From the NCBI GenBank assembly GCA_963719425.1, contig OY970382.1, positions 813,833 through 877,832 on the forward strand: a stretch of 64,000 nucleotides of DNA, read 5' to 3'. This DNA comes from an uncultured bacterium. GTDB lineage: Bacteria; Patescibacteriota; Minisyncoccia; UBA6257; 2-01-FULL-56-20. A program made the translations under genes and the position numbers. The notes under the pieces are model-generated. The model was not told where the DNA came from. It saw nothing but the letters and a program-made list of their open reading frames with translations, and ran no database searches. Below are positions 1 to 9,141 of the stretch, one piece after another. Within the stretch, counting starts at the first letter, position 1; every line of letters starts with the position of its first letter.

Positions 1-422
1 GCGACTTCCTTCTGGAGCATAAAGATGCAGCGTACAGGTCTTGTCGCAAGTTCGCTGATGATTCGGAGAAGATGCCCAGTGAGATAGTACGGGATGTTGC
101 CGACAATTTTGTATGGCTTGCCGCGGCGAATTTCGCTTGCGCGCCCTGACGCGAAAGCCGTGAGGGCATCACCCGTAATGATTTCTATTTCTTTCGCCCA
201 AGATTGCGTGCGGAGTTTTAGCGCAAGCTGCCGATCTTTTTCTATAGCAATAAGTGTGCACCCGTGCGCGTGGCAGATCTCCGCGAGAGGTCGCGTAAGT
301 TCCCCGTGCCCCGCGCCGACCTCAAAAATAATTTCACCGCGTTCCGGCTGGATCGCGTCCAGGATCATTTTCACGACCGATTGGTTTTTTAGGAAATGCT
401 GGCCCAGCGATTTTTTTACCAT
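1..422 (-). CDS. rsmA: 16S rRNA (adenine1518/1519-N6)-dimethyltransferase RsmA/KsgA, N-terminal part (gene continues past the window start)
   Basis: Minus-strand translation from ATG (complement of 420-422) gives MVKKSLGQHFLKN...EVGAGHGELT...IVGNIPYYLTG, the classic KsgA SAM-binding and NIPY motifs. The + strand ORF 94..498 in the track is rejected as antisense. Confidence 0.7.
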   Translation of the reverse strand, partial: MVKKSLGQHFLKNQSVVKMILDAIQPERGEIIFEVGAGHGELTRPLAEICHAHGCTLIAIEKDRQLALKLRTQSWAKEIEIITGDALTAFASGRASEIRRGKPYKIVGNIPYYLTGHLLRIISELATRPVRCIFMLQKEV

Positions 423-424
423 CG

Positions 425-2287
425 TCAAATTTCTATTATTTTTTCTTCACGCCCATCTTCACCGTCCGCGGCAATCGCCGCGTCTGTGCTGTCGGTAAGC
501 GCAAGGCAATCTTCTGGAATCTCCGCGAGGAACCGCGACGGCATTCCGTAAAAACTAAGACGCAAGTTTTCTTTTGCGCGTGTCATCGCGACGTACATCA
601 GCCGGCGTTCTTCCTCGAGCGAAAGTTCGCTGTCCATTGACCGGACGTGCGGAAGCAGTCCTTCGGCTATGCCCGCGACGAACACATTTTCAAACTCAAG
701 CCCCTTCGCGAGGTGGATCGTCATCAGATTTATTTTTTCTCTTTTGTTCTCCTTGTTGTCGCCGCGCTTTGCGCGCGCACCGCCGGTTCCGCCATCCGTA
801 CCGACGTCGGTGGCCTGCAAAAGACTTGTTTTTTCAAGGAAATCCGAGAGATTTTCAAATCCTGAGGCAAAGCGCGTAAGCTCTGCGATGTTCTCCTCCC
901 GTTCGTCGGCGTTCATGAAGCTTTCTTCTAAGTAGTCAAAATAGCCGAAGGCTTCAAGGAAAATGTTGATGATGTCCAGGGGCCTAGGATGCTCCCTAGC
1001 CGCAATTTTTTCTTTGAACACGGCAAACTTTTTCTTGGAAAGATTTTTTAGAAGGCGCTCGCGCGCGAGCGAGTCGCGGTCATTCGCGGCTACGCGGAGC
1101 GCGGCGAGCGCGTCCTTCACCTCACGCCGTTCATAGAACTTCAATCCGCCAAAGATTTGATAGGGCATATCGCGACGGATAAGCGCCTGTTCTATTGCGC
1201 GCGACTGCGCGTTCGTCCGGTACAGGATCGCGACTTCTGCCAGCGCGTCGCAACGTTTTATTTTTCGGATCTCTTCTGCGATCCACTCCGCTTCATCGTT
1301 CTCGTCCCATGCCTCAAAAAGCGCAATCCGTTCCCCTTCCGGCTTCCGCGTCCACAATTGTTTTGGCGCACGCCAGCGGTTGTTCTCCGCGACCGCTTGA
1401 GCAGCGCGGATGATATTTCCCGTGGAGCGGTAATTTTCTTCAAGGAAAAATATTTTCGCGGCGGGCCATTCCTTTTCAAAATCAAGAAATGTTGTTATGT
1501 CTGCGTATCGCCAGCTATAGATGGTTTGCTCGTCGTCCCCCACTACGCTCAAATTGTTGTGTCGGCCGACGAGGAGCTTCACAAGTTCGTATTGCTTCGG
1601 ATTGATGTCTTGGTATTCGTCAACGAGAATCGCGTCAAATTTCATTCGGTATATTTCAAGAATTTCAGGCCGTCGCCTAAAAAGCGCAACCGGCTTTTCA
1701 ATGAGGTCATCAAAGTCAAACGCGTTGTTCGCGCGGAGCGCAGCCTCATACCTTTCAAAAACATTTTTGATGAGCTCCCTTCGCTCAGCTGGCTCCCTTA
1801 AGGATCCAAGCGCGCCATCAAGGTTTTTGATCAGGGAGAGCTTCCCCGCGAAGAACGCCGGCGTGTCCCTTTTGCCAGCTTCACCTTTTGGGAGGCCCTT
1901 CACGATCTTTTTTGCAAGGTCAAAAGAATCATGGTCATCAAAGATCGCGAAGTTCGGCGTCCGGCCAAACTCCCGGCATTCCTTTCGTAGTATCCGCGCT
2001 CCGAGCGAGTGGAAAGTGCCAATGAACGGCTCCCTGCGTCCTCTCGCGGAATCCCTTGTCACCCGGTCCCTCATTTCTTGCGCCGCCTTGTTGGTAAAAG
2101 TTATAGCGCATATCCTCTCTGGCGGAATTCCATTCTCCGCGAGATGGACAATGCGGCTTGTTAGGGTTCTGGTTTTTCCGGTTCCCGCTCCCGCCACTAT
2201 CAATAAAGGAGAAACGGGCGCTTCGGCAGCTGCTTTCTGGGCAGGATTTAGAGAGAAAACCTTGTTTAGTTGATTTTGAGGCGGCAT
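425..2287 (-). CDS. UvrD/PcrA-family ATP-dependent DNA helicase
   Basis: GAGTGKTRTL Walker A plus DEYQD, VGDDEQTIYSWR and TIHLAKGLEF helicase motifs. Start trimmed to the internal Met MPPQNQLNKVFSLNPAQ; the upstream extension is low-complexity. Confidence 0.8.
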   Translation of the reverse strand: MPPQNQLNKVFSLNPAQKAAAEAPVSPLLIVAGAGTGKTRTLTSRIVHLAENGIPPERICAITFTNKAAQEMRDRVTRDSARGRREPFIGTFHSLGARILRKECREFGRTPNFAIFDDHDSFDLAKKIVKGLPKGEAGKRDTPAFFAGKLSLIKNLDGALGSLREPAERRELIKNVFERYEAALRANNAFDFDDLIEKPVALFRRRPEILEIYRMKFDAILVDEYQDINPKQYELVKLLVGRHNNLSVVGDDEQTIYSWRYADITTFLDFEKEWPAAKIFFLEENYRSTGNIIRAAQAVAENNRWRAPKQLWTRKPEGERIALFEAWDENDEAEWIAEEIRKIKRCDALAEVAILYRTNAQSRAIEQALIRRDMPYQIFGGLKFYERREVKDALAALRVAANDRDSLARERLLKNLSKKKFAVFKEKIAAREHPRPLDIINIFLEAFGYFDYLEESFMNADEREENIAELTRFASGFENLSDFLEKTSLLQATDVGTDGGTGGARAKRGDNKENKREKINLMTIHLAKGLEFENVFVAGIAEGLLPHVRSMDSELSLEEERRLMYVAMTRAKENLRLSFYGMPSRFLAEIPEDCLALTDSTDAAIAADGEDGREEKIIEI

Positions 2288-3395
2288 GTGTGCTATGCTT
2301 ATCTCTATTAGTACGATAGTAAAACAATTGTACAGGAAAGATAAGCCATTAACAGTGGCTGTTTTTTTGGTTGTGGGGTGTCTTCTCGCAAGCGCTTGGT
2401 TTTCGGGGAAGGCCGGGCCAGTGGAGGAACGGGGGGTTCTCGGAGGCCCTGCCCTTTCTCCGTCTCTCGTCGCAAATGCCGAGGGTGCGGGGTTCGGGAG
2501 GACGGCTGCGGCGTTTCTCGCGAATGACGGGGCAGCTCTTGCAGATTTAGGCAGCGCTACTTTTCCCGAGGATTCCGGCTCTGTCTCCGCATCCGCAGAA
2601 ACCGCCCCCTCCGAAAACTCTGAGAACGCCGCAATAAAAGATGCAGGAACACCGATCGGCCCCGCGTTTGACCGGTCGGGCATGATCTCGTATGTGGTTC
2701 AAAAAGGGGACACTCTTTCCCAGATTGCCTCCAATTTCGGTATCTCGGTTGACACCGTCGTGAATGCGAACCCCGACGTGAGGGTCGCCGCGCTTGCGGT
2801 CGGCACGAACTTGAAGATATTGCCGACCTCCGGCGTGGTGTATCAAACAAAGAGTGGAGATACGCTTGAGTCAATTTCCGATTCGTTTGGAATCCCTCAA
2901 AATAAGATAGCGCAGTTTAATCAGGGCGTGAATTTCGGTTCGCTTGATGCGGGAACGCCGGTCATCATACCCGGTGGCAAGAATGTTGCCCTTCTCGCGA
3001 GCGCTTCTACGTCGCCGGATTTCAATGAGGAGTTCATCATGCCCACCAACGGCTACAACTGGGGGATACTTCATCACTACAATGCGGTTGACATTGCGAA
3101 TTCGTGCGGAACTCCGGTTGTTGCTGCGGCAGAGGGGCTCGTCATTCCCGACGACACTATCCCGGACGCTTTTGGTGGCTGGAACGAGGGCTACGGCAAT
3201 TTTGTTTTAATAGAGCACCCCTTCGGCGACGGCGTGCGCACGCGCTATGCTCATTTGGAGAAAATATTGGTGCAGATCGGAGATTATGTGGGACAAGGAC
3301 AGGTCATTGGGCTTATGGGTGAGACTGGCGATGCAACCGGCTGTCACGTGCACTTTGAGGTGTACGGAGCACAGAACCCGTTCGCGAAGGCGTAA
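2286..3395 (+). CDS. Secreted LysM-repeat / M23-family peptidoglycan peptidase
   Basis: N-terminal TM/signal segment, two LysM-like segments (YVVQKGDTLSQIASNFGISV; YQTKSGDTLESISDSFGI), and a C-terminal M23 signature (HxxxD...GxTG..TGCHVHFEV). Confidence 0.75.
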   Translation: MCAMLISISTIVKQLYRKDKPLTVAVFLVVGCLLASAWFSGKAGPVEERGVLGGPALSPSLVANAEGAGFGRTAAAFLANDGAALADLGSATFPEDSGSVSASAETAPSENSENAAIKDAGTPIGPAFDRSGMISYVVQKGDTLSQIASNFGISVDTVVNANPDVRVAALAVGTNLKILPTSGVVYQTKSGDTLESISDSFGIPQNKIAQFNQGVNFGSLDAGTPVIIPGGKNVALLASASTSPDFNEEFIMPTNGYNWGILHHYNAVDIANSCGTPVVAAAEGLVIPDDTIPDAFGGWNEGYGNFVLIEHPFGDGVRTRYAHLEKILVQIGDYVGQGQVIGLMGETGDATGCHVHFEVYGAQNPFAKA

Positions 3396-3415
3396 CGTAG
3401 TGGGGGCCCACGCGG

Positions 3416-5038
3416 TTAAAAAAGAATCGCGCCAATAACTGCGAGATATAAGAAATAGAGCACGAAAATTTTCCACTCGCGATAGTTTTTCGCGACGGCG
3501 AATACGTAGCCGAGGATTGCGGCCGCAAGCGATGGGAGAAAGAGAAGCCAATTCGCGAGGATCACGGGAATGGCGAGGAACGCCGCCGCGAGGAGAATGC
3601 CCGCAATTTGTTTCCCACGCTCCTCGCCAAAGATAACGGGAATCGTCCAAATGTTGTCCGCACGATCCCCTGCGACGTCCTTGATGTCTTTGAAATTCAC
3701 GGCGAGCGTAATGCAAATGAGAATGAGCGCGACAAGCCGGATCGGAAAATCAGACACCAGTTTGTTTGTGTCGGCAAAATAAAAACCCGCCATGAGCGTT
3801 CCGAGCGTTGCGATTGCGATGAGGAAAGAGGATATAAGAGGAATACGCTTCAGGCGCAGCGGGGGGGCCGAGTAAATGTAATACGCCGCAGTGAAAACCG
3901 CGACGGTGAAGAGCGTCCAGTAGCCCGAGATAAACCCGCCGATGAGCGAAGCGGTAAGAAAGAAGACGTTGCTGTCCGCAATGTCTGCTTCTCTCAGTAT
4001 GCCGGGCGGAAGTGGCCGACGACCGTTGTTTATCCGATCAATGTTCACGTCGGCGAGGTCGTTTACGCCAACAGCAAAGAGGAACGCGGAGAAATACACG
4101 AGAAGGAGAACGAGGAAAAGTATGAAGTCAACCCAACCCATGAAGGCCGGGGCGGGTCCCAGTTTCTCCGCTATGATTACGCCAAGCACGATCATGCCGA
4201 GGTAGTACGCGGTTCTTCCGGGGCGCAGGTTGCGAATGAGCGCCGCGACCATCTTGGGGTTACACAGGAATGCCCAGCATGCGATAAGAATGAAATCAAA
4301 AATATAAAAGACGGCGGCTATTCCAATGTTAAACCCGATTTCCATTGCGTGCGCATAGGAAGGGAGAAGATTTGGCTTGATGAAATTCGGGAGAAGATGC
4401 GAAGACAGGAATCCCGACGTGAGAGAAGAGAGCAATGGTGCCGCGGGCGATCCTCCGGTCCAAAAGCGGGCTGCCGTGGCGATGAGGGCGGGAAACATAA
4501 ATAGGAAAAGCCACACAAGATACATGGAGAAAGCAGCGCCAATTGATTTGACCACACTTTTCGTTTTCGCGAACGCGTACACCAAGGAGCCGACAAGAAT
4601 CGCAATGAGTTCCGCGTGGAGTCCCGGGGTTACCCCTCCAAGCGGTGAGGAGCCGCCCATTCGCAGAAAGTCATTCCAAATCGCCCCCGCATTCTCCGGG
4701 AATATGTAGGCTATGTGGTATCCCCCGCCGTGCGAAACGATGAGGTCAATGATGGGAGGAAGCCAGATAATCGGCAAACCAAAGAGTAAGAATTTTGTGA
4801 TTTTTGTGAGGTCTGGAATGAATAGGTAAAGAATAAGCGAGAAGGAGATGAAAATCGCCACATAGAAGAGGAAATAATTGATGAGCGTTGCAGCATCGGG
4901 TGTTCCCGGGAAACTGGGCGTGGGGCTTGAAAGGTTTTCGAGGAAAAACCTGACGAAAAGAATGCCGAGGAAGCCAACACACCATTGCCAAAACGGTGCA
5001 GTGATGTCTTCAATCCACCGGAGAGCTTTTGCAATCAT
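3416..5038 (-). CDS. Polytopic membrane protein with a C-terminal UbiA-family prenyltransferase domain
   Basis: Asp-rich motifs VGVNDLADVNIDRIN and DIKDVAGDRADNIWT are typical of UbiA enzymes. About 290 aa of unassigned TM-rich sequence precede them. Confidence 0.6.
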   Translation of the reverse strand: MIAKALRWIEDITAPFWQWCVGFLGILFVRFFLENLSSPTPSFPGTPDAATLINYFLFYVAIFISFSLILYLFIPDLTKITKFLLFGLPIIWLPPIIDLIVSHGGGYHIAYIFPENAGAIWNDFLRMGGSSPLGGVTPGLHAELIAILVGSLVYAFAKTKSVVKSIGAAFSMYLVWLFLFMFPALIATAARFWTGGSPAAPLLSSLTSGFLSSHLLPNFIKPNLLPSYAHAMEIGFNIGIAAVFYIFDFILIACWAFLCNPKMVAALIRNLRPGRTAYYLGMIVLGVIIAEKLGPAPAFMGWVDFILFLVLLLVYFSAFLFAVGVNDLADVNIDRINNGRRPLPPGILREADIADSNVFFLTASLIGGFISGYWTLFTVAVFTAAYYIYSAPPLRLKRIPLISSFLIAIATLGTLMAGFYFADTNKLVSDFPIRLVALILICITLAVNFKDIKDVAGDRADNIWTIPVIFGEERGKQIAGILLAAAFLAIPVILANWLLFLPSLAAAILGYVFAVAKNYREWKIFVLYFLYLAVIGAILF

Positions 5039-5073
5039 TGTCTTTTATTATACCAATGCGCGGGAGCAGAGTT

Positions 5074-6612
5074 TTAAATATCCTCCCGCAGGCGGTAGCT
5101 GAACGCTTCGGCAACGTGCTCTGCGGAGACGCAACCGCTTCCTTCAAGATCGGCAATTGTTCGTGCGACCTTGAGGATGCGGTAATAGCCGCGCGGGGAA
5201 ATGCGGCTTCTCTCAAGCGTTTCCAAAAATTTTTCCGCCTGCGGCTCAAGGCGGATGAGCAACCGTGTTTCCCGCGAGCTCATCTCGGCGTTCGTCGCGA
5301 CATTGAGCCGCCTGAACCGTTCTCGCTGCACGTTCCGCGCCGCTTCAATGCGCTCTCGGATCGCGGGGCTTGCGGGTTCCTGCCGGCCCCCTTTCCGCAA
5401 TTCCTCTATTTTTATCCGCCCAACTTTGATTTGCAGATCAATGCGATCCAAGAGAGGGCCTGAAATTTTTTTCTGATACCTAATCACCTCGTATGCGGCG
5501 CACTTACATTCTTTTTCCGCATCGCCGTAATAGCCGCAGGGACATGGATTCATCGCGGCCACGAGCGCGAACCGCGCCGGGAAAAGGAGACTTTGCTTTG
5601 CGCGCATGACACAGATTGATCCCGATTCCATTGGCTCGCGCAACGCTTCAAGAAGATTTTTCTGAAACTCCGGAAGCTCGTCTAAGAAGAGCACCCCGCG
5701 GTGCGCGAGGCTTATCTCGCCCGGTTTTGGATCCTGGCCGCCGCCGACGAGTGCGGCGATTGATGCGGTTTTATGCGGCGCGCGGAATGGTCGGTGGCGG
5801 ATAAGCTGACCGCGGCTCAGCCCCGCCGCGCTCCAGATTTTCGTGATCTCTATTGCTTCCGGGACCGTGAGTTTTGGCAAGATGCCGGCGAGCGCTTGTG
5901 CGAGCATGCTCTTTCCTACTCCGGGCGGTCCGACCATGAGGAGGTTGTGATTGCCTGCCGCGGCGACCGCGAGCGCGCGCTTCGCGTTTTCTTGTCCGAT
6001 GATTTCCGAAAAATCAGGGAATGTCTTGGTCCCTTCTTTGTGTGGGCTAAGCGGAGCGAGACTTCGCGCATCACACATTTGCCGGCCTTCAAGGATTGCA
6101 ATCGCCTCACTTAGATTTTCCAGCGGAACTATTTTTATCCCGCATATTGCCGCCGCCTCATTCGTGTTTTGTTTCGGGAGAAAAAGATATTTGAAACCCG
6201 CAGCGCGCGCCATTTGCGCAATGTTGAGCGCGCCATTCACGGAGCGCAATCTGCCGTCAAGCGCGAGCTCGCCGACGAAAACTTTATCGCCTATTTCGGT
6301 TCTTTGTATCTGCTTTGTCGCAAACAAATAACCGATGGCGATCGCAAGATCGTAGTGTGATCCCGTTTTCTGTATATCGGCAGGGGCGAGATTGATGGTG
6401 ATTCTTCTATTCTCTCGGTTCGGCGGTTTTGCGCCGCAGTTCTTGATCGCCGAATTAACCCTTTCCTTCGCCTCATTGAGTGCTTTGTCGGCAAGGCCAA
6501 CGATATTGAAAGAATGGAGGCCGACATTAAGGTCAGTCTCCACCTCTATAAGTTTTGCGTTAACGCCTTCAAGTTCAGCGGAGTAAACCTTCGCAAGATT
6601 TTTGGTGGTCAC
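5074..6612 (-). CDS. comM: Mg-chelatase-like AAA+ ATPase ComM/YifB
   Basis: N-terminal Lon-protease-like domain, Walker A GPPGVGKSM, VLFLDELPEF, and a C-terminal ComM domain. Confidence 0.85.
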   Translation of the reverse strand: MTTKNLAKVYSAELEGVNAKLIEVETDLNVGLHSFNIVGLADKALNEAKERVNSAIKNCGAKPPNRENRRITINLAPADIQKTGSHYDLAIAIGYLFATKQIQRTEIGDKVFVGELALDGRLRSVNGALNIAQMARAAGFKYLFLPKQNTNEAAAICGIKIVPLENLSEAIAILEGRQMCDARSLAPLSPHKEGTKTFPDFSEIIGQENAKRALAVAAAGNHNLLMVGPPGVGKSMLAQALAGILPKLTVPEAIEITKIWSAAGLSRGQLIRHRPFRAPHKTASIAALVGGGQDPKPGEISLAHRGVLFLDELPEFQKNLLEALREPMESGSICVMRAKQSLLFPARFALVAAMNPCPCGYYGDAEKECKCAAYEVIRYQKKISGPLLDRIDLQIKVGRIKIEELRKGGRQEPASPAIRERIEAARNVQRERFRRLNVATNAEMSSRETRLLIRLEPQAEKFLETLERSRISPRGYYRILKVARTIADLEGSGCVSAEHVAEAFSYRLREDI

Positions 6613-6664
6613 CCTTCACCAATACCACTTTGCCGATTAAAAACTTATAAAAGGTTTCTTGCGA

Positions 6665-7003
6665 TTATTTCCCGGCTTTGCAATGCTTGCAGAAGCGGGA
6701 TTCCGGGTCCACGTCAAGCACGGCGGTTTCAATCACCCTGCCGCACTGCTCGCAGGCACCATATTTCCCGTTGTAGATTTTCGCAAGTGCGGCATCAATC
6801 TCCGCCAGACGACCCTTCAAGTCCTGGACAACCGCAAGTTGATTGCCGACCTCCTCCACTTCATCCGTTTCTTCTTCAAAATGAGCCGCGTCGCTGCCAA
6901 GGTCAACCGGTTTCTCATTCTGCTTGACTTCGGCGAGGAGAAGTAAGCGTTCTTTTTCAAGCTCTCTTTTGTACTTTTCAAGTTGGTCGGCTTCCATGGT
7001 CAT
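6665..7003 (-). CDS. DksA/TraR-family C4 zinc-finger protein
   Basis: Coiled-coil N-terminus and C-terminal CEQCG...CKHC zinc finger. Confidence 0.6.
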   Translation of the reverse strand: MTMEADQLEKYKRELEKERLLLLAEVKQNEKPVDLGSDAAHFEEETDEVEEVGNQLAVVQDLKGRLAEIDAALAKIYNGKYGACEQCGRVIETAVLDVDPESRFCKHCKAGK

Positions 7004-7097
7004 AACATTCTAGCAGGTCTTCAATCCGGCAATTCAATAATGTTACTATACTGTGCAAATCTTGTTACCGGCAATATTAAAAATTTAATCTTCGTTT

Positions 7098-7160
7098 GCC
7101 GGACTTTTTGCCGGTTTTGTTGCCGGATTACTTGCCGGTTTACATTTTGCCGGATTGCCT
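7098..7160. repeat. Five tightly phased direct TTGCCGG(A/T)TT boxes, with two more CCGGCAAT copies at 7025 and 7068, inside an AT-rich island
   Basis: Read directly: tttgccggacttt / ttgccggtttt / ttgccggatta / ttgccggttta / ttgccggattgcc at 11-15 bp spacing. Confidence 0.5.
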
Positions 7161-7386
7161 GATTAATTATTATTTAATGGAATAACCCGATAAGCTTGAT
7201 TTTACTATCGATAAACAAAATTGTTTTGCAGAATGTTATACGACAAACACATTAAAAATCATATTTATGGCCTTTTTACTTACGCTTATACTCATATGAA
7301 ATTCCTTTTCCCAGCACATTATATTTTTTATAGTGTTTAGCGAATAACAAGTTTAATTATTTGTCCGTAAAAATTTTAGCACAAAA

Positions 7387-7782
7387 GTGTTAAAAAATTA
7401 TAGAAAAGCTAAGATTGGTAAACTGGGCGAAGGTATAGCTTGCGAACATCTTCTTGATAAGGGTTGGAAGGTGTTGGAAAGGAATTACCGAAGGAAATCA
7501 GACGAAATTGACATTATCGCCAAGTCGCCAGATGGGATGCTGATATTTTGCGAGGTAAAATCTTTTGCGACAGGAGAAGATTGGGATGGGGCTAAAGGGC
7601 TTTTACCAGAAGATAATTTGACGGCGGCAAAATTCAGAAGAATAAGTAGGACCTGTGGATTCTTTGCGAGACAACACCCTGAACTTATTGACGAAGACAA
7701 AGGATGGAGGATTGATCTGATCGCCATTGACATAGCAATTGACGGGAAGGCAAGCGATATCCGGCATTACGAGAATATCTAG
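7387..7782 (+). CDS. YraN-family (UPF0102) endonuclease-like protein
   Basis: GxxGExxA...W..LxRN...EIDIIA....LIFCEVK resembles the YraN family. Confidence 0.65.
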   Translation: MLKNYRKAKIGKLGEGIACEHLLDKGWKVLERNYRRKSDEIDIIAKSPDGMLIFCEVKSFATGEDWDGAKGLLPEDNLTAAKFRRISRTCGFFARQHPELIDEDKGWRIDLIAIDIAIDGKASDIRHYENI

Positions 7783-7880
7783 ACCTGTGGGGGGATTCCT
7801 ACGTGGCCTTGACGGGGGATCAAAGTTGGAATACAATAGAGGCATTCGTGGTCCGCTCGTGAGCGGGCCTTTTTAAAGAA

Positions 7881-9137
7881 ATGCTTAACATAAAAGAATT
7901 GTCAAAGGCGTTGAAGCAGGTCGCGGAAGAAAAAGGGCTAAAGCCGGAGGGCGTTCTTGAGGTTATTGAGGCATCCATTGCGGCAGCGTACAAAAGGGAA
8001 TACGGTCAGCGTGGTGAGGTCGTAAAGTGCAAGCTGGACCAAACGACCGGCGAACTGAAATTCTGGCAGATGAAAACGGTGGTTGACGAAAATACTGCGC
8101 GTTTTGTGTCTGATGCAGAAGAAGCAGAGGGTGGAGAAAAAGTAGAGGAGAAGAAAGAGGAGAAGAAGGGACGAGCGGGCCAGGAAGCAGCGGCCGAAGA
8201 AGAGAAGCTACCGCGGTTCAATCCGGAGCGGCACATCACATTGGAAGAGGCGCGGAAGATAGAGAAAGGGGCGCAGGTCGGAGACGAAATCACATTTGAA
8301 CTTGAAACGCACGATGATTTTGGAAGGATCGCAGCCCAGACGGCGAAGCAGGTAATCTTGCAAAAGCTGCGCGAGTCGGAACGCGATTCAATCTTGAACG
8401 AGTGGCGCGGCAAGGAGGGTCAGATCGTAAGCGGCGTCGTGCAGCGGTTTGAACGGGGGAACGTGTTCATTGATCTTGGGCGGACGGTCGGCGTGATGTT
8501 CGCAAACGAATCAATTCCTACGGAGCATTACCGCTCCGGGGAGCGCTTGCGTTTCCTTGTGCTTGCGGTGCAGGAAGACGCTCGGCTTCCGGGGATCATT
8601 CTTTCGCGTTCGCATCCAAGATTTGTGACGGAGCTTTTCCGCATGGAGGTGCCGGAACTCGCAGAGGGCGCGATCGAGATCAAAGCGATTGCGCGCGAGC
8701 CGGGGAATCGCACAAAAGTGGCGGTGTTTTCCAGTACTGAAGGGATTGATCCAGTTGGTGCGCTGGTTGGCCAGCGGGGGACGCGCGTGACGGCAGTGAA
8801 CAATGAGCTGGGCAACGAAAAAATTGACATTGCGGAATGGTCGGAAGATCCGGAGAGGTTTATTGCAAACGCCCTCTCGCCGGCAAAGGTGGAAAGCGTG
8901 GAAATCCTTCCGCGGCGGGAGGCACGCGCATTTGTGCCGGAAAATCAGTTGAGCTTAGCGATTGGCAAAGGCGGACAAAACGTGCGGCTTGCAGCGAAGC
9001 TCACTGGCTGGAAGATTGATGTACGCTCGCAGACGCGGCCGGAGGAAATGCAGGAAGGCGGCGTGGCGGGGACAACGGAAACGGACCAGATTGCGGTTCC
9101 CGAAGAGGACGACGACGAAAAGGACGCTATAATATAA
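7881..9137 (+). CDS. nusA: Transcription termination/antitermination factor NusA, with a Glu/Lys-rich insertion
   Basis: NusA N-terminal domain, S1 and KH domains ([26 protein letters not shown]); an acidic EEKKEEKK insert sits after residue 70. Confidence 0.85.
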   Translation: MLNIKELSKALKQVAEEKGLKPEGVLEVIEASIAAAYKREYGQRGEVVKCKLDQTTGELKFWQMKTVVDENTARFVSDAEEAEGGEKVEEKKEEKKGRAGQEAAAEEEKLPRFNPERHITLEEARKIEKGAQVGDEITFELETHDDFGRIAAQTAKQVILQKLRESERDSILNEWRGKEGQIVSGVVQRFERGNVFIDLGRTVGVMFANESIPTEHYRSGERLRFLVLAVQEDARLPGIILSRSHPRFVTELFRMEVPELAEGAIEIKAIAREPGNRTKVAVFSSTEGIDPVGALVGQRGTRVTAVNNELGNEKIDIAEWSEDPERFIANALSPAKVESVEILPRREARAFVPENQLSLAIGKGGQNVRLAAKLTGWKIDVRSQTRPEEMQEGGVAGTTETDQIAVPEEDDDEKDAII

Positions 9138-9141
9138 AAAT

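Noticed and set aside
94-498. + strand ORF (134 aa) at the window start
   Set aside because: It is antisense to a clear KsgA/RsmA reading frame on the minus strand (SLGQHFL, GNIPYY motifs) and its product is low-complexity.
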